Positions 60,281-64,000 of a stretch of DNA of 64,000 nucleotides are shown here, piece by piece. Both the position numbers and the translations under genes were made by a program. How positions within the stretch are numbered: the first letter of the stretch is position 1; each line of letters opens with the position of its first letter. This DNA is from Candidatus Caccoplasma intestinavium (lineage in GTDB: Bacteria > Bacteroidota > Bacteroidia > Bacteroidales > UBA11471): contig DVKT01000022.1 in NCBI GenBank assembly GCA_018715885.1, positions 24,119 through 88,118 of the forward strand. Reading direction: 5' to 3'. The notes beneath the pieces were generated by a model. The model was not told the DNA's origin and did not search any database. It saw only the letters and a program-made list of their open reading frames with translations.

Positions 60281-61468
60281 ATGGAGAAGACATGGAGATG
60301 GTTTGGTCCCAACGATCCGATTACGCTCGACATGTTACGGCAAATCGGTGTGGAAGGTATCGTTACCGCCCTGCACGATGTTCCTAACGGAGATGTCTGG
60401 GAAATCGAGAATATATCCCGCAGGAAAGCCTATATCGAATCGCACGGCCTGCGATGGTCGGTCGTAGAAAGCCTGCCCGTATGCGAAGCCGTCAAATATG
60501 GCGGAGCAGAAAGAGACCGGCTCATCGAGAACTATAAAAACAGTCTGGCCAATTTGGGTCGATGCGGTATAAAAACCGTATGCTACAACTTTATGCCCGT
60601 CATCGACTGGATACGCACCGACCTGCAACACCCGTGGGCCGACGGTACCACATCGCTCTACTTCGACCGGGCGCGTTTCGCCTACTTCGACCTTCACATT
60701 CTCGAACGCCCCGGAGCAGAAAAAGATTATCCCGATCCGCTCCTCGCGAAAGTCGAAGAGATGGGTAAAGTCATCAGCGAGAAAGAGAAAAACGACCTCA
60801 TCGAGACAATCATCGTAAAGACACAAGGATTTGTCAACGGGAATATCAAAGAGGGAGATGAAAATCCGGTAAAAATATTCAAAAAACTATTGTCGCACTA
60901 CGAGGGCATTGACCGTGCAGCCCTCCGCGAAAACATGCGGTACTTCTTGTCGGCCATCATGCCCGTGTGCGAAACATTCGGCATAAATATGTGCGTGCAC
61001 CCCGACGACCCGCCTTTCCAAGTACTGGGTCTTCCCCGCATCGTAACCGACGAAGCAGACATCGCATGGATACTCCATGCCGTCGACAACCCGCACAACG
61101 GACTCACTTTTTGCGCCGGGTCGCTCAGTGCCGGATCGCAAAACGACACACGGGAACTGGCCCGGAAATTTGCCAAACGAACACACTTCGTGCACCTGCG
61201 GAGTACAGATGTATTGCCTAACGGAAACTTCATCGAAAGCTCCCACCTATCGGGGCGCGGACATCTCATCGACTTGATACGTGTTTTTGAAAAAGAGAAT
61301 CCGCACCTTCCTATGCGCGTCGATCATGGACGCACCATGTTGGGGGACGAAAATCAGAACTACAATCCCGGATATTCTTTTCACGGTCGCATGCTGGCAC
61401 TGGCGCAAGTCGAAGGTATGATGGCCGTTGTGAAAGACGAACTACAAAAACAAATTTACATACCATGA
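60281..61468 (+). CDS. uxuA: Mannonate dehydratase
   Basis: 395 aa. MEKTWRWFGPNDPITL is a hallmark UxuA N-terminus. A TATCTTTG box at 60248..60255 lies 25 nt upstream. Confidence 0.95.
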   Translation: MEKTWRWFGPNDPITLDMLRQIGVEGIVTALHDVPNGDVWEIENISRRKAYIESHGLRWSVVESLPVCEAVKYGGAERDRLIENYKNSLANLGRCGIKTVCYNFMPVIDWIRTDLQHPWADGTTSLYFDRARFAYFDLHILERPGAEKDYPDPLLAKVEEMGKVISEKEKNDLIETIIVKTQGFVNGNIKEGDENPVKIFKKLLSHYEGIDRAALRENMRYFLSAIMPVCETFGINMCVHPDDPPFQVLGLPRIVTDEADIAWILHAVDNPHNGLTFCAGSLSAGSQNDTRELARKFAKRTHFVHLRSTDVLPNGNFIESSHLSGRGHLIDLIRVFEKENPHLPMRVDHGRTMLGDENQNYNPGYSFHGRMLALAQVEGMMAVVKDELQKQIYIP

Positions 61469-64000
61469 AACGTACTTATCTTTTTTACCCATTATTCGTT
61501 ATTCTCTGCCTGTCTCTCTCCCTGCCGGTGAGTGGCAGTGTGCGGGAAAAGTATAACTTCAATCCGCAATGGCTTTTGCATGTAGGCGATATGCACGGAG
61601 CCGAAAAAGTAAAATTTCCCGATAAGGATTGGAAAAAAATCACCCTTCCGCGAGCCTTCAACGAAGACGAAGCATTCAAAGTTCCCATAAAGGAAATGAC
61701 CGACACTGTCGCGTGGTACCGGAAACACTTCAAACTGCCGAAATCGGCCAAAGGGAAGAAGGTATTCATCGAGTTCGAGGGTGTGCGGCAAGGCGCCGAT
61801 TTCTACCTCAACGGCAAACACATAGGACTGCACGAGAATGGTGTCATGGCCGTAGGCTTCGACCTCACCCCTTACCTCAACTTCAACGGGGAAAACGTGA
61901 TCGCCGTGCGGGTCGACAACGACTGGCAATACCGAGAGAGAGCAACCGGCAGCCGGTTCCAATGGAACGACCAGAACTTCAATGCCAACTACGGTGGGAT
62001 AACCAAAAACGTGTGGCTGCACATCACCGATAAATTATATCAGACATTACCGCTATACAGCAACCTGCAAACTACCGGAGTCTATGTATATGCCTCCGAT
62101 ATAAAAGTAAAAAGCCGGAAAGCGATGATACACGCCGAATCCCAAATCCGTAATGAGCACGACAAACCGATGACCGTCGGCTATGAAGTAGACTTATATG
62201 ACTACGAAGGCAAGCGGGTAAGCTCTTTCTCGGGTACGCCCATAACCGTAAATCCGCAAGAAACCGCAATGCTGGAAGCCTATGCCCCATTGGAGAATAT
62301 CCATTTTTGGAGCTGGGGATACGGCTATCTCTATCATGTCGTAACCCGTCTCATCGTCGACAATAAATCCATCGACGAAGTCGTTACGACGACCGGATTC
62401 CGCAAGACCCGATTTGGAAGCGGGAAAGTATGGCTCAATGACCGTGTCATACAACTCAAAGGCTATGCGCAACGCTCGAGCAACGAATGGCCGGGCGTGG
62501 GCATATCGGTTCCGCCCTGGCTGAGCGACTATTCCAACGGATTGATGATCGAACACAATGCCAACCTTTTCCGCTGGATGCACATCACCCCGCAAAAACA
62601 GGATATCGAGTCCTGCGACAGGGTCGGTGTCATACAGATGCTTCCGGCCGGAGATGCCGAAAAAGATGTGGAGGGACGGCGTTGGGAACAACGTAAAGAA
62701 CTGATGCGCGACGTCATCATCTATACACGCAACAACCCGAGTATCCTCTTTTACGAATGCGGGAACGAATCCATCAGCCGGGAGCACATGATAGAGATGA
62801 TCGCGATACGCGACCAGTACGACCCGCATGGAGGTCGGGCTATCGGTTCACGCGAAATGCTCGACATCAGAGAGGCTGAATACGGAGGAGAAATGCTTTA
62901 CATCAACAAAAGCGAACACCACCCGATGATACAGACCGAATACTGCCGGGACGAAGGTCTGCGCAAATATTGGGACGAGTACAGTTATCCCTATCACAAA
63001 CAGGGAGACGGACCGCTGTATAAAGGGCAAGATGCCTCGGCCTATAATCAGAATCAGGATATGCTTGCCATAGAATTTGTCCGCCGCTGGTACGATATGT
63101 GGCGCGAACGTCCCGGTACAGGACGCAGGGTGAATTCAGGCGGCGCGAAAATCATCTTTTCCGATACGCAAACTCACGGGCGCAGCGAGATGAACTACCG
63201 TGTGAGCGGTGTCGTCGATGCGTTCAGAATACCCAAAGACGGATATTTCGCACACAAAGTCATGTGGGACAGCTGGGTCGACATCGAAAACCACCATACG
63301 CATATCATCGGGCACTGGAACTACACCCCCGACACCCGAAAGCCCGTATATGTTGTATCGTCGGGCGATAAGGTGGAATTATTCGTCAATGGAAAATCAA
63401 AAGGATTCGGCCGGCAGGAATACCGTTTTCTCTTCACGTTCGACTCCATACAATGGGAAAAAGGCTGCATCGAAGCTGTCTCTTACCTCGAAGATGGCAC
63501 AGAAGTAAGCCGGAGCTCCATAAAAACCATCGGAGACCCGAAAGAATTAAAATTGTCGTTGATACAAGGGCCTAACGGAACTTATGCTGACGGAGCGGAC
63601 TTGGCCCTCGTACAAATCGAAGTTGTCGATGAGAACGGCGACCGCTGCCCGTTGGCCAACAATATGGTAAAATTCGATTTGCAAGGTCCGGCCGAATGGC
63701 GCGGCGGTATAGCTCAGGGAAAAGACAATTATGTCCTATCGAAAGAGCTTCCCGTCGAATGCGGCATTACACGTGTCATGATACGGACAACCGATAAATC
63801 GGGAAAAATAACCCTGAAAGCCGAAGCCGAAGGATTGCCTTCGAATGAAATAACTTTTGAAACAAAACCCGTCAAAGTCAGAAACGGACTCTCCTCGTAC
63901 TTCCCGGCACAAAATCTCCCCAGCCGTTTTGACCGTGGAGAGACTCCCGCCACCCCGTCTTACAGAGACTCCAAAGTCGATGTCAAAGTAGACAGTATCA
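61465..64000 (+). CDS. Glycoside hydrolase family 2 protein, secreted (3' end beyond the window)
   Basis: Not in the track because it is open-ended. Manual translation in frame from ATG 61465 is open to 64000. It has a signal peptide, a GH2 sugar-binding-type N-terminus (WYRKHFKLP..., GVRQGADFYLNGKHIG), YECGNES (acid/base region) and IQTEYC (nucleophile region). ATGA overlap with the uxuA stop. Confidence 0.85.
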   Translation, partial: MKRTYLFYPLFVILCLSLSLPVSGSVREKYNFNPQWLLHVGDMHGAEKVKFPDKDWKKITLPRAFNEDEAFKVPIKEMTDTVAWYRKHFKLPKSAKGKKVFIEFEGVRQGADFYLNGKHIGLHENGVMAVGFDLTPYLNFNGENVIAVRVDNDWQYRERATGSRFQWNDQNFNANYGGITKNVWLHITDKLYQTLPLYSNLQTTGVYVYASDIKVKSRKAMIHAESQIRNEHDKPMTVGYEVDLYDYEGKRVSSFSGTPITVNPQETAMLEAYAPLENIHFWSWGYGYLYHVVTRLIVDNKSIDEVVTTTGFRKTRFGSGKVWLNDRVIQLKGYAQRSSNEWPGVGISVPPWLSDYSNGLMIEHNANLFRWMHITPQKQDIESCDRVGVIQMLPAGDAEKDVEGRRWEQRKELMRDVIIYTRNNPSILFYECGNESISREHMIEMIAIRDQYDPHGGRAIGSREMLDIREAEYGGEMLYINKSEHHPMIQTEYCRDEGLRKYWDEYSYPYHKQGDGPLYKGQDASAYNQNQDMLAIEFVRRWYDMWRERPGTGRRVNSGGAKIIFSDTQTHGRSEMNYRVSGVVDAFRIPKDGYFAHKVMWDSWVDIENHHTHIIGHWNYTPDTRKPVYVVSSGDKVELFVNGKSKGFGRQEYRFLFTFDSIQWEKGCIEAVSYLEDGTEVSRSSIKTIGDPKELKLSLIQGPNGTYADGADLALVQIEVVDENGDRCPLANNMVKFDLQGPAEWRGGIAQGKDNYVLSKELPVECGITRVMIRTTDKSGKITLKAEAEGLPSNEITFETKPVKVRNGLSSYFPAQNLPSRFDRGETPATPSYRDSKVDVKVDSI

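Noticed and set aside
61492-62829. Several 90-211-aa minus- and plus-strand ORFs (e.g. 61492..62022, 62194..62829, 61629..62033)
   Set aside because: All lie inside the open GH2 reading frame in a GC-richer stretch. Their translations are Arg/Pro/His-rich without motifs. They are antisense or off-frame artefacts.
1-64000. Mobile elements (IS transposases, integrases, conjugation or phage genes), rRNA genes and toxin-antitoxin pairs
   Set aside because: None of the supported ORFs shows transposase, integrase or phage motifs, and I did not notice terminal inverted repeats. I do not report their absence as proof.

Overview
This is a chromosomal segment with Bacteroidales (Bacteroidota) hallmarks. 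These include TTTG-N19-20-TAnnTTTG promoter boxes, many lipoprotein-type signal peptides, DUF349, and CarboxypepD_reg/TonB-dependent-like outer membrane proteins. I can support about 50 protein genes, one tRNA-Pro and several intrinsic terminators. I saw no transposase, integrase, rRNA or CRISPR array.

Most of the window is housekeeping:
- gyrA (partial), clpC, htpG, pyrD/pyrK, holA, radA, cstA, tsaC, fmt, ugd, a ClC channel, an ABC-F ATPase, and M13 and M16 peptidases.
- A fucose locus (fucI-fucO-mutarotase-fucP).
- uxuA plus a partial GH2 glycosidase.

The stand-out is a tightly packed minus-strand operon running from 59925 down to 50740. In transcription order it encodes:
- a radical SAM/SPASM enzyme;
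- a 73-aa peptide whose last 22 residues carry 6 Cys in CxC/CXXX repeats (CICICNGKCKQYCSEYCQEF);
- a TonB-dependent-receptor-like outer membrane barrel;
- a PqqD-like/M50 intramembrane metalloprotease fusion;
- a Wzy_C(O-antigen-ligase-like)/TPR membrane protein;
- a transglutaminase-like/discoidin lipoprotein.

I read this as an uncharacterised RiPP (thioether/ranthipeptide-type) production and handling system.

Other items worth a second look:
- a cysQ-cysC-cysD-cysN-sulfotransferase (PAPS supply plus sulfotransferase) cassette, in which CysN carries a C-terminal degenerate APS-kinase-like domain;
- an orphan cas6-like gene with no array;
- a class A beta-lactamase;
- a tRNA-adjacent MBOAT/SGNH pair;
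- an approximately 650-bp AT-rich ORF-free spacer.

All calls come from reading translations and motifs by eye. No searches were run.
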